A DNA stretch of 64,000 nucleotides, taken from the NCBI GenBank assembly GCA_041287245.1, contig JBEULP010000062.1, positions 15,634-79,633 on the forward strand. The letters run 5' to 3'. This document shows positions 37,632-47,609 of the stretch, one piece after another (position 1 is the first letter of the stretch; each line of letters begins with the position of its first letter). Origin of the DNA: Infirmifilum sp. (GTDB taxonomy: Archaea > Thermoproteota > Thermoprotei > Thermofilales > Thermofilaceae). A program made the position numbers and the translations under genes. The notes beneath the pieces are model-generated. The model ran no database searches and was not told the origin of the DNA. It saw only the letters and a list, made by a program, of their open reading frames with translations.

Positions 37632-38018
37632 CTAGGGGTATAGTTCCAGGTAGCGTTGAGAGGATATGCCCTTAGCTATGCTTCGCAGCTTTTGATCATC
37701 CGTCACCAGGGTTAATCCTTTCTCGCGCGCGGCCACGAGGTAGGATGCGTCATAAGCAGTTAAATTCAGCTGGACCGCTAGCCTAAAAACCTTGACGCCA
37801 TCAACCTTGACTTTCGGGAGTGTTTCCCAAGCGGCTATAGCACCTTTCAGCAGCACGAGAGCAGCGTCATCCGGGATTCTCCTCAAAAGGCTGGCCTCCT
37901 TCCATACAGCGTTCACGATCTCGTAGAATGCCAGGTCTATCGTATAGCCGTCCAGGGATCTAGCCCTCCCCCTCTTCACTACGTTGAGGAGCGCGCTAGA
38001 GTCGAAGAGGAAGCTCAC
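37632..38018 (-). CDS. vapC: VapC PIN-domain toxin
   Basis: LFDSSA, YEIVNAVWK, LTAYDASY, LVTDD. Confidence 0.9.
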   Translation of the reverse strand: MSFLFDSSALLNVVKRGRARSLDGYTIDLAFYEIVNAVWKEASLLRRIPDDAALVLLKGAIAAWETLPKVKVDGVKVFRLAVQLNLTAYDASYLVAAREKGLTLVTDDQKLRSIAKGISSQRYLELYP

Positions 38019-38245
38019 CTAGACTCCCTGTCTTCTCTTATCAGCCTAGCTATCTCCTCGTCTCCAATTCTGCCAAGCTCCTCTAAAACTTCCTTGACCT
38101 CCTCGTCCACTCGCTCCAGTATCTTTCTCCTAACGGCGTTCTCGAGGGCTTCACGTATCACCGGCCCGGGCTTTACCCCTAACTCTCTAAGCTTCTCAGC
38201 CAGCTCTCTGGGGATCTTAGCTGACACAGTCACATACCTACTCAT
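38015..38245 (-). CDS. vapB: VapB-type antitoxin (RHH)
   Basis: VTVSAKIP, IREDRESR; 4-bp overlap with vapC. Confidence 0.85.
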   Translation of the reverse strand: MSRYVTVSAKIPRELAEKLRELGVKPGPVIREALENAVRRKILERVDEEVKEVLEELGRIGDEEIARLIREDRESR

Positions 38246-38460
38246 ATGATTACATTATTAATGACTACTTATATAAGGTTTACATGAAAGCCATACACCC
38301 CCGATGGTATGAAAAGCAGATGCGTGGCCGATTAGATGTTTGAGGGGAACGTTAAAAAGGAACCTGGAGCCTAGTGCATACTTGCCCAGCTGGAGGGGGT
38401 ATCCTATGGCTTCAAGATAACCTTTTATTTTTAGATAAATGTGATTGAAAAGGGGGTTAC

Positions 38461-39240
38461 TTGGAGCGTCTCTCTACGGGCGTGGAGGGTCTTGACGCGC
38501 TTCTAGCCGGAGGCATACCCGATGGCTTTTTTGTCGCCCTCGTAGGGATGCCCGGGACAGGCAAGACTATTGCGTGTCTCCACTTCATCAACGCCGGACT
38601 AAACGCGGGCGAGAAGGCCATCTACGTGACAACTGAAGAGAGCCGTGAGAGCATTATTAGGCAGGCCTCTCAGTTTGGCATGGGGTTCGAGAGGGCCTAC
38701 AAGGAGGGTAGGCTCGTCATAATTGACGCTCTAATGCGGGCCTCAAGCGACCAGTGGACTTTGAACCTGGTAACAGTGGAGGAGATGCTAGACAAGGTGA
38801 TAGAGGCAAAAAAGCTTCTTGGACAAAAAGCCAGGAGGCTTGTCATAGACTCAATGAGCGCCTTCTGGTTGAGGGCCCCAGTCAAAGCCAGGGAGGAAAG
38901 CTACCTTGTGAAAAGGGTTCTAGCTAAATGGAATTTCACTGTGTACGCCACCTCTCAGTATGCGATAACGACTGGAGGCGCGTTCGGCTGGGGCCTTGAG
39001 CACATAGCCGACGCGATTATCCATTTTAAGCGTAAGGTATCAGGGGGAGTTCTAACCCGTTATATAATCGTTGAAAAGATGAGGCAAACACCACATGATT
39101 TAAGGGCATGGGAGATAGCTATCGTTGACGGTAAAGGACTAACTCTTGTGCGTCCCCTGAGTCGACGGGTTGAAGACGAGGTCCTCCCTGAGAGCGTGTC
39201 CAGGAAGATTAAAAAGAGCGTAGAGGAGGAAGGCTTTTAG
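38461..39240 (+). CDS. single-domain KaiC/RAD55-like ATPase
   Basis: STGVEGLD, GMPGTGKT, VTTEE, VIDS, GLEHIAD, VEKMRQTPH. Confidence 0.88.
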   Translation: MERLSTGVEGLDALLAGGIPDGFFVALVGMPGTGKTIACLHFINAGLNAGEKAIYVTTEESRESIIRQASQFGMGFERAYKEGRLVIIDALMRASSDQWTLNLVTVEEMLDKVIEAKKLLGQKARRLVIDSMSAFWLRAPVKAREESYLVKRVLAKWNFTVYATSQYAITTGGAFGWGLEHIADAIIHFKRKVSGGVLTRYIIVEKMRQTPHDLRAWEIAIVDGKGLTLVRPLSRRVEDEVLPESVSRKIKKSVEEEGF

Positions 39241-39269
39241 GCTTCAAGGCTCGTATGTGATGCGGGAGT

Positions 39270-40241
39270 ATGAAGGTTGTGGTTACTGGGGGTGCCGGCT
39301 TCATCGGCCATAATACGGCTCTGTATCTGGCTGAGAGAGGCTACGAAGTCCTAGTGGTGGATTCGCTGGAGCGCTCGACCCGTCTCGCTCTTGAGAGACT
39401 CTCTCGAAGTGGTATCCGCGTGGTGAGGGATGACGTGAGGGATCCAGTGTTTCTCACAGGGTATCTGGAGAATGGAGACGTGGTTGTACACGCAGCGGCA
39501 TATATAAGCGTTGAGGAGTCAGTAGCGTCGCCGGAGCGCTACCTTGAAAACAACGTCCTGGGCACGCTAAACGTAGCTAGAGCATGTCTAAGGAAGGGGG
39601 CTAGCCTTGTATTCCTCAGCTCCGCATCGGTGTACGGTACGCCTTTGAAGCTTCCTATAGGCGAAGACCACCCTACAAAGCCTCTCTCACCATACGGCCT
39701 CAGCAAGCTATTCGGGGAGCTCTTGCTCGAGCTCTACGGCCGCGATGGACTAAGGTACACTATACTTCGCCTTTTCAACGTGTACGGCCCAGGTCAAACA
39801 GGCCCCTACGCGGGTGTGATATCTAGGTTTATCGAGTCCGCACTGAAAAGGGAAAAGCTCGTAGTCTTTGGAGATGGAACACAAACGAGAGACTTTGTGA
39901 ACGTGCTTGACGTTGCGCGCGCCGTCGAATTAGCGATAACGAGCCAGGTATACGGGGAGGTGTTCAACATAGGCTCAGGGCGGGCCACGTCTATTAACGA
40001 GTTAGCTAGCCTTGTCAAGAGCCTATTATGCGGCGAGTGTAGCGTCGAGTATAAACCCCCTAGGCCAGGCGACATCAAGCACAGCTATGCCGATATAAGA
40101 AAGGTTAGAGAGAAGCTGGGGTATAATCCGAGGATAACCCTCGAAGAAGGACTTAGAGAACTCGTTAAGTTCTACACTGCTGAGGGGTATGCAGTTGAGA
40201 AACTAGGAGAGTCTCAAACTGGAAATAAAACTATATCTTGA
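39270..40241 (+). CDS. NAD-dependent epimerase/dehydratase (GalE-like)
   Basis: TGGAGFIG, SSASVYG, YGLSK, FNVYGP, RDFV. Confidence 0.9.
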   Translation: MKVVVTGGAGFIGHNTALYLAERGYEVLVVDSLERSTRLALERLSRSGIRVVRDDVRDPVFLTGYLENGDVVVHAAAYISVEESVASPERYLENNVLGTLNVARACLRKGASLVFLSSASVYGTPLKLPIGEDHPTKPLSPYGLSKLFGELLLELYGRDGLRYTILRLFNVYGPGQTGPYAGVISRFIESALKREKLVVFGDGTQTRDFVNVLDVARAVELAITSQVYGEVFNIGSGRATSINELASLVKSLLCGECSVEYKPPRPGDIKHSYADIRKVREKLGYNPRITLEEGLRELVKFYTAEGYAVEKLGESQTGNKTIS

Positions 40242-40268
40242 CTCCTTGCTTAAACCTTTAGTGCTTAT

Positions 40269-41054
40269 ATGGACTGCGCAGAACCCCCTGGGAACTTATC
40301 TCTAATGCTCCGGGAAGCATGGCCCGAAATCAAGGTTTGCAGCTTTGACTACTGCCTAGAATCGTCGCAGGACATCGCCAAGAGGCTACACCGGGATCCA
40401 GGTCCCACTCTAGTTCTATGCGGAGAGATCAGAGAGGCTAGAGGGCGAGCAGGTAGGAGGTGGTTCGCCGGGAGAGGAGGCTTGTGGTTTACACTGGCCT
40501 TCAAGCATGATAGCCCTAACCAGCTTGGGGTGATAGCGCTGGGGGCGGGCGTAGCGGTAGCGAGAGCCATTTCATCATCAACGGGACTAGAAGCTAGAGT
40601 AAAGTGGCCGAACGATGTTTTGGTGAACGAGAGGAAGGTTGCCGGAATCTTGATAGAGGCTTCCCCAACTGATGGCGGGAACTACCTGTTACTGCTCGGC
40701 GTGGGTGTCAACGTGAACAATAGTTTGCCCATTGATTTGGCTGGACAGGCAGCCACCCTTAAGGATTATCTAGGAGCACCAGTTAATGAGTACTCTTTGC
40801 TGGCAAGGGTTGTTGGGGAGCTTCACAGCATGTACTCCGAGCTTAAGAGTGGTAGTGCATTTGAGATTCTACGCCTCTGGAAGTCTCTCTCAGCAACCCT
40901 TAGCCGTCCTGTAAAGGTTACCCTATCCGACGGGGTTGATGTGCAGGGAGTGGCTGTAGATGTAGACGAGAATGGAGGTCTTGTTGTGGACACAGGTGGG
41001 AAGCGCCTCGTCTTTTACTTCGGAGAGGTTATACACTTGAGGCACCGGCTATAG
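40269..41054 (+). CDS. birA: biotin-protein ligase
   Basis: ARGRAGRRW, KWPNDV, KVAGILIE, GVGVNV. Confidence 0.9.
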   Translation: MDCAEPPGNLSLMLREAWPEIKVCSFDYCLESSQDIAKRLHRDPGPTLVLCGEIREARGRAGRRWFAGRGGLWFTLAFKHDSPNQLGVIALGAGVAVARAISSSTGLEARVKWPNDVLVNERKVAGILIEASPTDGGNYLLLLGVGVNVNNSLPIDLAGQAATLKDYLGAPVNEYSLLARVVGELHSMYSELKSGSAFEILRLWKSLSATLSRPVKVTLSDGVDVQGVAVDVDENGGLVVDTGGKRLVFYFGEVIHLRHRL

Positions 41055-41135
41055 AGTCTCTCTGGGCGGAGGTTATTAAAAGGCATTATTTCATTAGTTT
41101 TTTGGAATACAGTAATTCCAGTTTTCTGTGGAAAC

Positions 41136-41597
41136 ATGACGACCCCGGAGGTTCCGTGTATGGTTCTAATGGAGCTGCTAGCTGTGCTTTCGTCGGCGTT
41201 TGCCCCCCTAAATGTTCCTAAGTCCAGCGCGTTCATACTAGCCCTACTCTACGCCATTAGGAAGCCTCTAGACACAAGCGAGATTGAGAGGATTACAGGT
41301 TATAGCAAGTCCGCTGTTTCCGCAGCTCTTAAGGTACTCGAGAGCCATAAGCTTGTCAATAGGTTTAGAAGCGGTAGAAGAAACTTGTATCTGCCATCTA
41401 CCCCTCTGCCGAGGCTCTTAGCCGAGTCACACATTCGTATGCTTAAATCTATAAATGAGAGGCTTCGAGAAATTTCTAGGCGCTCCCCTGAGGTTGGAGA
41501 GCATCTTAGCCACATCAACTCTGAGCTTATTGTAGCGATTAAGGCTCTCGAGGCTGGTCTTCATGGAATTGATAATGGAGGCATACTCAAAGAGTGA
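41136..41597 (+). CDS. HTH transcriptional regulator (GbsR/MarR-like)
   Basis: EIERITGYSKSAVSAALKVL. Confidence 0.7.
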   Translation: MTTPEVPCMVLMELLAVLSSAFAPLNVPKSSAFILALLYAIRKPLDTSEIERITGYSKSAVSAALKVLESHKLVNRFRSGRRNLYLPSTPLPRLLAESHIRMLKSINERLREISRRSPEVGEHLSHINSELIVAIKALEAGLHGIDNGGILKE

Positions 41598-41757
41598 CGT
41601 CTACAAGGCTATCAGTGAGGCGCGGAAAAACGGTGTGAAGAGAATTGTACTCCTGGTTGACGCTTCCGACCCTGCCGGAGCGCTGGAGCTCGTTAGGGAT
41701 GCTATGGCTGAGGCTACGTTCCTGACGATAGAGGTGAGGGTGAAAAAGAATGTATGA
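41563..41757 (+). CDS. small hypothetical protein
   Basis: Overlaps both neighbours in operon fashion; GGTGA SD-like sequence for the next gene at its end. Confidence 0.55.
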   Translation: MELIMEAYSKSDVYKAISEARKNGVKRIVLLVDASDPAGALELVRDAMAEATFLTIEVRVKKNV

Positions 41758-43303
41758 CGTAATCATAACAACGGATAGGACGATGATGACGAACCACCAC
41801 AGAAAGGAGTTCATAGGCTTTTTTACGACAGCCCCGCCCGTAGGCATGCCTGAACGTGTCTGGATGTGGCTTAGCGCTCCAAAACCCAAGGTTGATAGGT
41901 TGGGGAGACCCCTTGAAGCACCCTACGGTCTGAGGAAGGTTGAGGCTAAGCTCCTCGATGAGGGGTTTAAGGCTGCTATCATAGACCCAGACTCTCTCGA
42001 CAGGTACATGTCCAAGGCTAAAGTTCTCATGCTGGGGCACCACGACTACTTCGCGATGAACTCTCCAAGCGTTGAGTGGTGGGCAATCACAGGGTTGGAG
42101 CCTGTAAACAGCAGGAGCTTTAAGCGCTTGATGACCAGGAGGAGCATACGGGAGGCTAAACAGCGAGGTTTGAAGATAATAGCTGGGGGGCCAGCTGCCT
42201 GGCAGTGGCTGTGGCATACGGACGAAATGCGTAGCTTTGGGGTCGACACGGTTGTTGACGGTGAAGCGGAAAGGGTTATTGGTGACCTTGTACGGAAGGC
42301 TTTGGAGGGAGATGAGCTCCCGGCATATCTTTACGTGGGACCTGACGACGCGCCAAGCTTGGAAGAAATCCCTGAGATAAAGGGTGCGAGTATAAACGGG
42401 CTAGTCGAGGTTATGAGGGGGTGTCCCAGGCGCTGCAGGTTCTGCCCCGTGACGCTCAGGCCTGTTAGGTACTACCCCCTCGAGAAGATCGAAAAGGAGC
42501 TGCAGGTGAACGTGAAGGCGGGCATCAAATCGGGAGTTCTTCACTCAGAAGACATTCTACTCTACGGTGCGAAGGGTATCGAGCCTAACCCGGACGCCCT
42601 GTTAAAGCTTCACGTTCTCGCTAAGAGGTATTATAGGACGATAGCCTGGAGCCACGTGACCCTGGCAGGCGTCAAGTACGCGCAGGAGAAGTACAAGCTA
42701 ATAACGAGGCTGACAGACATAATATACGACGAGCACCAGGACTGGCTCGGCGTCCAGGTGGGGCTTGAGACAGGCGGTCTACACCTCGCTAGGATAATCA
42801 TGCCCGGGAAGGCTGCGCCATACCCTATTGAAAAGTGGCATGAGGTCGTTGAGGATGCTCTCTCGATAATGCATGAACACAGGATAGTCCCAGCTTTAAC
42901 TCTAATCCTCGGCGCCCCAGGAGAGACTGAGGAAGACCTAGTCCAGACTAGCGAGCTCCTAGACAAGATCAAAGATTATCGGAGCCTAATTGTACCCATG
43001 TTTTTCGTGCCAATGGGCTATTTAAAGGACAGGGAAGGCTTTTTGAGGGAACGAATTACCGAGCAACACGTAGAAGTCATGTGGCGCGCACTCCAACACT
43101 CGCTGAAATGGGGCGAGGATATAGCGTTCAAGATGTACCTCCGGTCCCCGAAGCACCTTCCGTTAAAAATACTCTTCAGAGGCTTCCTACTATATGTAAA
43201 AAAGAGGCGAGACGAAATACAGAGGATAATCGAAGAACAGGGGTATCAGGCGCTTTTGCCTTCACGCCCTGTCCCAATAGAGCCTAGTAAAATATTGGCA
43301 TAA
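41750..43303 (+). CDS. radical SAM protein with B12-binding-like N-terminal domain
   Basis: RGCPRRCRFC; APYGLRKVEA; IIAGGPAAWQ; VVDGEAE. Confidence 0.85.
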   Translation: MYDVIITTDRTMMTNHHRKEFIGFFTTAPPVGMPERVWMWLSAPKPKVDRLGRPLEAPYGLRKVEAKLLDEGFKAAIIDPDSLDRYMSKAKVLMLGHHDYFAMNSPSVEWWAITGLEPVNSRSFKRLMTRRSIREAKQRGLKIIAGGPAAWQWLWHTDEMRSFGVDTVVDGEAERVIGDLVRKALEGDELPAYLYVGPDDAPSLEEIPEIKGASINGLVEVMRGCPRRCRFCPVTLRPVRYYPLEKIEKELQVNVKAGIKSGVLHSEDILLYGAKGIEPNPDALLKLHVLAKRYYRTIAWSHVTLAGVKYAQEKYKLITRLTDIIYDEHQDWLGVQVGLETGGLHLARIIMPGKAAPYPIEKWHEVVEDALSIMHEHRIVPALTLILGAPGETEEDLVQTSELLDKIKDYRSLIVPMFFVPMGYLKDREGFLRERITEQHVEVMWRALQHSLKWGEDIAFKMYLRSPKHLPLKILFRGFLLYVKKRRDEIQRIIEEQGYQALLPSRPVPIEPSKILA

Positions 43304-43348
43304 GCCTTCCGGCATAAACGTTATAAAAAACTACAGCAGGTAAAGCTT

Positions 43349-43397
43349 GTGATGATTGACTCCAAATCTGAGTCGTGATGATTGGTGACAAATCTGA
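43349..43397 (+). ncRNA. box C/D guide sRNA
   Basis: GTGATGA-ttgactccaaat-CTGA-gtc-GTGATGA-ttggtgacaaat-CTGA: four perfect boxes with two 12-nt guides; TTATAAA about 25 bp upstream. Confidence 0.92.
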
Positions 43398-43472
43398 AAA
43401 TTCTACAGTAGAGCAGTACAACAAGAACGGAAAACAAGAATAAGAGTACCAGGAAGGGATGAATGAGAGATG

Positions 43473-43793
43473 TTAGGGGCTGATAACTATAGCTCTTCGC
43501 TCTACGAGCGCTCTCACAACTTTTTTACGTCCGCTTTCTAGGATACGCCATAAGGTTGTCTTAGACACGCCCATCCGTTCTGCAGCCTCGTCCTGTGACA
43601 AGTCCTCGAGATATACGAGGCGCATGGCTTCCAGCTCATCAGGGGTTATGATTACAGGCTCTCCCAAGAGAGGACTGCCGTCTTCGGCGAAGGGCATAAA
43701 CTTTACCCCTAGTATCTGGCTCCAGATCCGCCTAGCCTTAGGAGGTCTACCTCTGCCACAGCCTTTTCTCCAAGCCCAGGGAGGTCCATGCAT
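43473..43793 (-). CDS. DUF134 HTH protein
   Basis: GRPPKARR, DELEAMRLVYLEDLSQDEAAERMGVSKTT..RIL.SGRKKV. Confidence 0.85.
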   Translation of the reverse strand: MHGPPWAWRKGCGRGRPPKARRIWSQILGVKFMPFAEDGSPLLGEPVIITPDELEAMRLVYLEDLSQDEAAERMGVSKTTLWRILESGRKKVVRALVERRAIVISP

Positions 43794-43830
43794 ACACTAC
43801 AATCTAAGTTGTATCTAGGAGTTGAAAAAG

Positions 43831-45393
43831 TTATTCGTATTCTATAGTTGCGGGTGGCTTGTGCGTTACGTCGTACAGCACGCGGTTAACCCCTTCAACC
43901 TCGTTTACGAGGCGCTCAGCTATTCTCTCCAAGATGTCCCATGGTATCCGTGCGAAGCTAGCCGTCATGGCATCCTCGCTCTCCACTGCTCGAAGAGCTA
44001 TTACATACTCATAGCTCCTAACGTCGCCTTTTACCCCTACGGTTTTCACGGAAAAGAGAGCTGGGAAAGCCTGCCAAAGCTTTTCATATAAGCCTGCCCT
44101 CTTTAGCTCTTCCTCTACGATTCTAGTAGCTTTCCTTAGTATCCTCAGCTTCTCCTCTGTAACTTCTCCTACTATTCTGACGGCAAGCCCAGGTCCCGGG
44201 AAGGGGTGCTGCATCACTATTTCTTCAGGCAATCCTAGGCTTCTAGCTACCCTCCTGACCTCGTCCTTATAGAAGTCGGCTAGCGGCTCGACGATTTCTA
44301 GCCCCGGTATCGCCTCCATTACAACGTTGTGGTGGCTCTTTATTTTAGCTGTAGCCTTACTTGTGGCGCCGCTCTCAACCCTGTCGGGATAGATAGTTCC
44401 CTGTGCTAGGTACTTGAACCCCCCTAGCTTCTCATTAACCTTAACAGCCACCTCCCTGAAAATCTCTGCAAAAGTGCTGGCGATTATTCTCCGCTTCTCT
44501 TCAGGGTCCACTACTCCCCTTAGCCTAGAGAGAAACCTCTCACTGGCGTCAACATAGGTTACGTTCTCGAAGCCAAGGGTATTCAGCGTCTCCAGGACGC
44601 GTTGGCTCTCATTCTCGCGTAGCAGTCCTGTGTTAATGTGGACGAGGTAAATGTTTTCCTTTCCCACAGCCCTCAAAATCATAGTAGCCGCAGTTAGGGA
44701 GTCTACACCCCCGCTTACAGCCATGAGAACTTTACCCTTAAGCCTTTCGCGCAATCGACTAATGATCTCTCTCGCCTCGTCCTCCACAAACCAGTTAGGT
44801 GAGAGCCCAGCAACCCTGGATAAAAAGTTTCCAAGGATTGTTTTCCCATACTCGGTATGTCTAACCTCAGGGTGAAACTGTACCCCATAAACAGGAAGTT
44901 TCTTATGTTTGAAGGCTGCAACCTCCGAATAATCCGTAGAGGCTAGCGTCTCAAACTCTTCTGGGAGTTTTTCCACAGCGTCTCTATGGGACATCCACAC
45001 TTTTTGTCTCTCAGGCGTTCCTTCGAAAAGAGGATCTTTTTTCAAAACTCTTAGGAGGCTGAGACCATACTCCCCCTTTTCGCGCCGAGCTACATGCCCA
45101 CCGAAGACGCTGGCTATAAGCTGGTGACCATAGCAGATGCCCAGCAAGGGCAGGGGCTTATCGAGAATATACCTAATCACCTCTGCGCGCGGCTTAGGCG
45201 CGTTCTCAACATATATACTCGAGGGCCCTCCGGAAAATATAACAGCGGATGGTTTTGTTCTGAGAAATGCGTCTAACGTAGCGTCATATGGGAGGAGCTG
45301 CGAGTAAAAATTGAGTTCTCGGACCCTACGGGCTATAAGATGGGCATACTGCCCACCGAAGTCAAACACGACGACGCTCTCTCTAGACTCCAT
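43831..45393 (-). CDS. guaA: GMP synthase, fused GATase+ATPPase
   Basis: DFGGQY, GICYGHQ, QFHPEV, SGGVDS, QGTIYPD, IKSHHNV, HPFPGPGL, KPPATIEYE; ATG 45393. Confidence 0.95.
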   Translation of the reverse strand: MESRESVVVFDFGGQYAHLIARRVRELNFYSQLLPYDATLDAFLRTKPSAVIFSGGPSSIYVENAPKPRAEVIRYILDKPLPLLGICYGHQLIASVFGGHVARREKGEYGLSLLRVLKKDPLFEGTPERQKVWMSHRDAVEKLPEEFETLASTDYSEVAAFKHKKLPVYGVQFHPEVRHTEYGKTILGNFLSRVAGLSPNWFVEDEAREIISRLRERLKGKVLMAVSGGVDSLTAATMILRAVGKENIYLVHINTGLLRENESQRVLETLNTLGFENVTYVDASERFLSRLRGVVDPEEKRRIIASTFAEIFREVAVKVNEKLGGFKYLAQGTIYPDRVESGATSKATAKIKSHHNVVMEAIPGLEIVEPLADFYKDEVRRVARSLGLPEEIVMQHPFPGPGLAVRIVGEVTEEKLRILRKATRIVEEELKRAGLYEKLWQAFPALFSVKTVGVKGDVRSYEYVIALRAVESEDAMTASFARIPWDILERIAERLVNEVEGVNRVLYDVTHKPPATIEYE

Positions 45394-46477
45394 ATCTCTC
45401 AAAGGCAAGCTTTACAGCCTCTTCTTTAATCTTTTTAACATCAGAGCCGCTCAGGTTCATCCTGGGAATGTTATTCTCGTAAACTGCAATCACGCCGTCG
45501 ACGAGCACGGCTCTCGGGCGTACCTCGCCGCGAAGCACCCTCTCAAGGTCTGCGTCGAAAGCCACGATGTCGCCGCTACTCTTCATTCTTAGTATTCTGT
45601 AACCCCCTGCGGTGGCTTTTTCGAGAAGCTTTATGCCCGCACCATGAATCCTTACGGCATCAAGATAGGTCTTAGCTACTGTTCCCGTAACTAGAGGCCA
45701 GTCGCTCCCCAGGGCGTCGAAGTATTCTATGTTGTTCAAAGTGCGGTTATATAAGTAGGTGTTGGACGTCGGACAGTGGACAACTCTAATTCCAAGGCTC
45801 TTGCACTTCTCAGCTCCTACTATACAGTGCACAGCAATAATATTCTCCGAGGCGCCGCCTAAAACCTCCACAAGCGTGTCAGACTCGTCTATACCCTCGG
45901 ATAGATGAAGGGCGAAGGGTATGCGAAGCTTCAAAGAGGTCTTGTACGACGCTAGAAGGTATGAGGGGCTTGTTCTCCGCAGAGAGTGGACGAAAAACCC
46001 CATATTGAAGAAACCATCCCACCTTGACAGGTTCCTTATATACTCTGCATAAACAACCTCAGGAGAGCTCCAACCTTCTCTATCCATAACGGTAGGCAAC
46101 AAGACTACACGGGGACTCACGGGTAGAGAAAGTAACGCCTTAACGTTGCCCTCAAGGCTTCCCGTCAAAGCTACGAGAGTAGCCCCCTCCAGCAGCGAGG
46201 ACAATAGTGTAGCCCTGGCTAGTAGTGATGATAGCTCCGCGTCCCTCCGTATCCCAGCCTCGTCTACCCTCAAACGCCTGTTTTCAAGCCACTCGTACGA
46301 GTTAGCCCACCGACCGGGCTCACCAACGTCTACCACCTGGGGGTGAGCGTGAGCGTCACTGAAACCAGGTGCGACCGCCGAGGCGAAGTAAAAGTCTTCT
46401 ACTCCTTTATATGGGATCCTCACATTCCTCCTCACAACCCCGTGATCAAGAAACTCTGAAACCTCTATAACACCCAT
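45383..46477 (-). CDS. amidohydrolase (purine deaminase-like)
   Basis: PGFSDAHAH, HLSEG, AVHC, VVHCPTSN, LGSD. Confidence 0.75.
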   Translation of the reverse strand: MGVIEVSEFLDHGVVRRNVRIPYKGVEDFYFASAVAPGFSDAHAHPQVVDVGEPGRWANSYEWLENRRLRVDEAGIRRDAELSSLLARATLLSSLLEGATLVALTGSLEGNVKALLSLPVSPRVVLLPTVMDREGWSSPEVVYAEYIRNLSRWDGFFNMGFFVHSLRRTSPSYLLASYKTSLKLRIPFALHLSEGIDESDTLVEVLGGASENIIAVHCIVGAEKCKSLGIRVVHCPTSNTYLYNRTLNNIEYFDALGSDWPLVTGTVAKTYLDAVRIHGAGIKLLEKATAGGYRILRMKSSGDIVAFDADLERVLRGEVRPRAVLVDGVIAVYENNIPRMNLSGSDVKKIKEEAVKLAFERYGV

Positions 46478-47526
46478 TAGTACTTCACCTCTAAAAGCCC
46501 ACGTGGTCCGCTTTCCCTATACCCGGCCCCCAGAAGCCTTACAAAGACGCTCTTCTCCTGTAACTCCTTTATACTCCTAGCCCCAACATACCCCATTCCC
46601 TGCTTGACGCCACCTACTATCCAAGCCACCACGCTGGACGCGCTCCCACGGCACTCGACAAGCCCCTCCACCCCCTCCGGAACCCTCTTAAACTCCCCAT
46701 ACCTAGTCGACCCGCTAGCAAGAGCACCACGGCTCCCCATCCCCCTGTAGACCTTAAAACACCTACCGTTCTTGAAAACCAAGGCTCCTGGTGCCTCATC
46801 GGTGCCTGCTAATAGGTATCCAAGCATCACCGCGTCGGCGCCGGCCGCTAAGGCCTTAACCGCGTCAGCTGGCTTCTCAATCCCTCCGTCCGCTATTACG
46901 GATACACCGTGTTCCCTGGCAACGTCTGCGACGGAGGCGATAGCCGTCAGCTGGGGACACCCAACGCCAGCTACTTCACGAGTCGTACACGCGTGACCCG
47001 GTCCTACACCAACCCGCAGCGATACCGCTCCAGCCGTGATTAGATCCTCGGCTGCCTCACCTGTAACGATATTCCCAGCCATCACCATTGCACCAAGAGA
47101 TGTAAACCTTTTAGTAGCCTCCACAACATTCTTGCTGTGGCCGTGAGCCGTGTCTATAACTATCAAGGAAGCACCCGCATCCAGGAGCCTCTTAACTCTC
47201 TCGTCGTCAAACGGGCCTACGGCTACGGCGACTGGGATCTTTTCATGGGACGACTCTCTGACTATTTTCAGTGCCTCGTCGAGGGGGAGATTCCTAGGAA
47301 GAACGCCAAGCCCGCCAAGCCTGCCCAGTGTAATAACCATCTCTCTGCCCGTCACTGTATCCATGGGAGAACTAAGAACAGGTATTGAGATTGTTAGGTT
47401 AGGCGCTATATGAGCCGAGACATCAACCTCGTTTATATTCACATCAGAGTATCTTGGGAGTAGCAGTACGTCGTCGAAGCTTAGAGCTATCTCGGCTGTT
47501 CTCAGCTTATCAGCAAATTTTCCCAT
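46477..47526 (-). CDS. guaB: IMP dehydrogenase lacking CBS domains
   Basis: FDDVLLLP, SSPMDTVT, IDTAHGHS, GVGPGHACTTR, IADGGI, YRGMGS, PEGVEG. Confidence 0.88.
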   Translation of the reverse strand: MGKFADKLRTAEIALSFDDVLLLPRYSDVNINEVDVSAHIAPNLTISIPVLSSPMDTVTGREMVITLGRLGGLGVLPRNLPLDEALKIVRESSHEKIPVAVAVGPFDDERVKRLLDAGASLIVIDTAHGHSKNVVEATKRFTSLGAMVMAGNIVTGEAAEDLITAGAVSLRVGVGPGHACTTREVAGVGCPQLTAIASVADVAREHGVSVIADGGIEKPADAVKALAAGADAVMLGYLLAGTDEAPGALVFKNGRCFKVYRGMGSRGALASGSTRYGEFKRVPEGVEGLVECRGSASSVVAWIVGGVKQGMGYVGARSIKELQEKSVFVRLLGAGYRESGPRGLLEVKY

Positions 47527-47609
47527 ATAACACAGCCGTCACGCTATACTAATAAGAATATTCTTTATACAAAAACAATCTATATAAACATGTATATACT
47601 TTTTCAACT

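Noticed and set aside
38461..39240. Circadian clock KaiC
   Set aside because: Single-domain archaeal KaiC-like ATPase with no kaiA/kaiB; a common family
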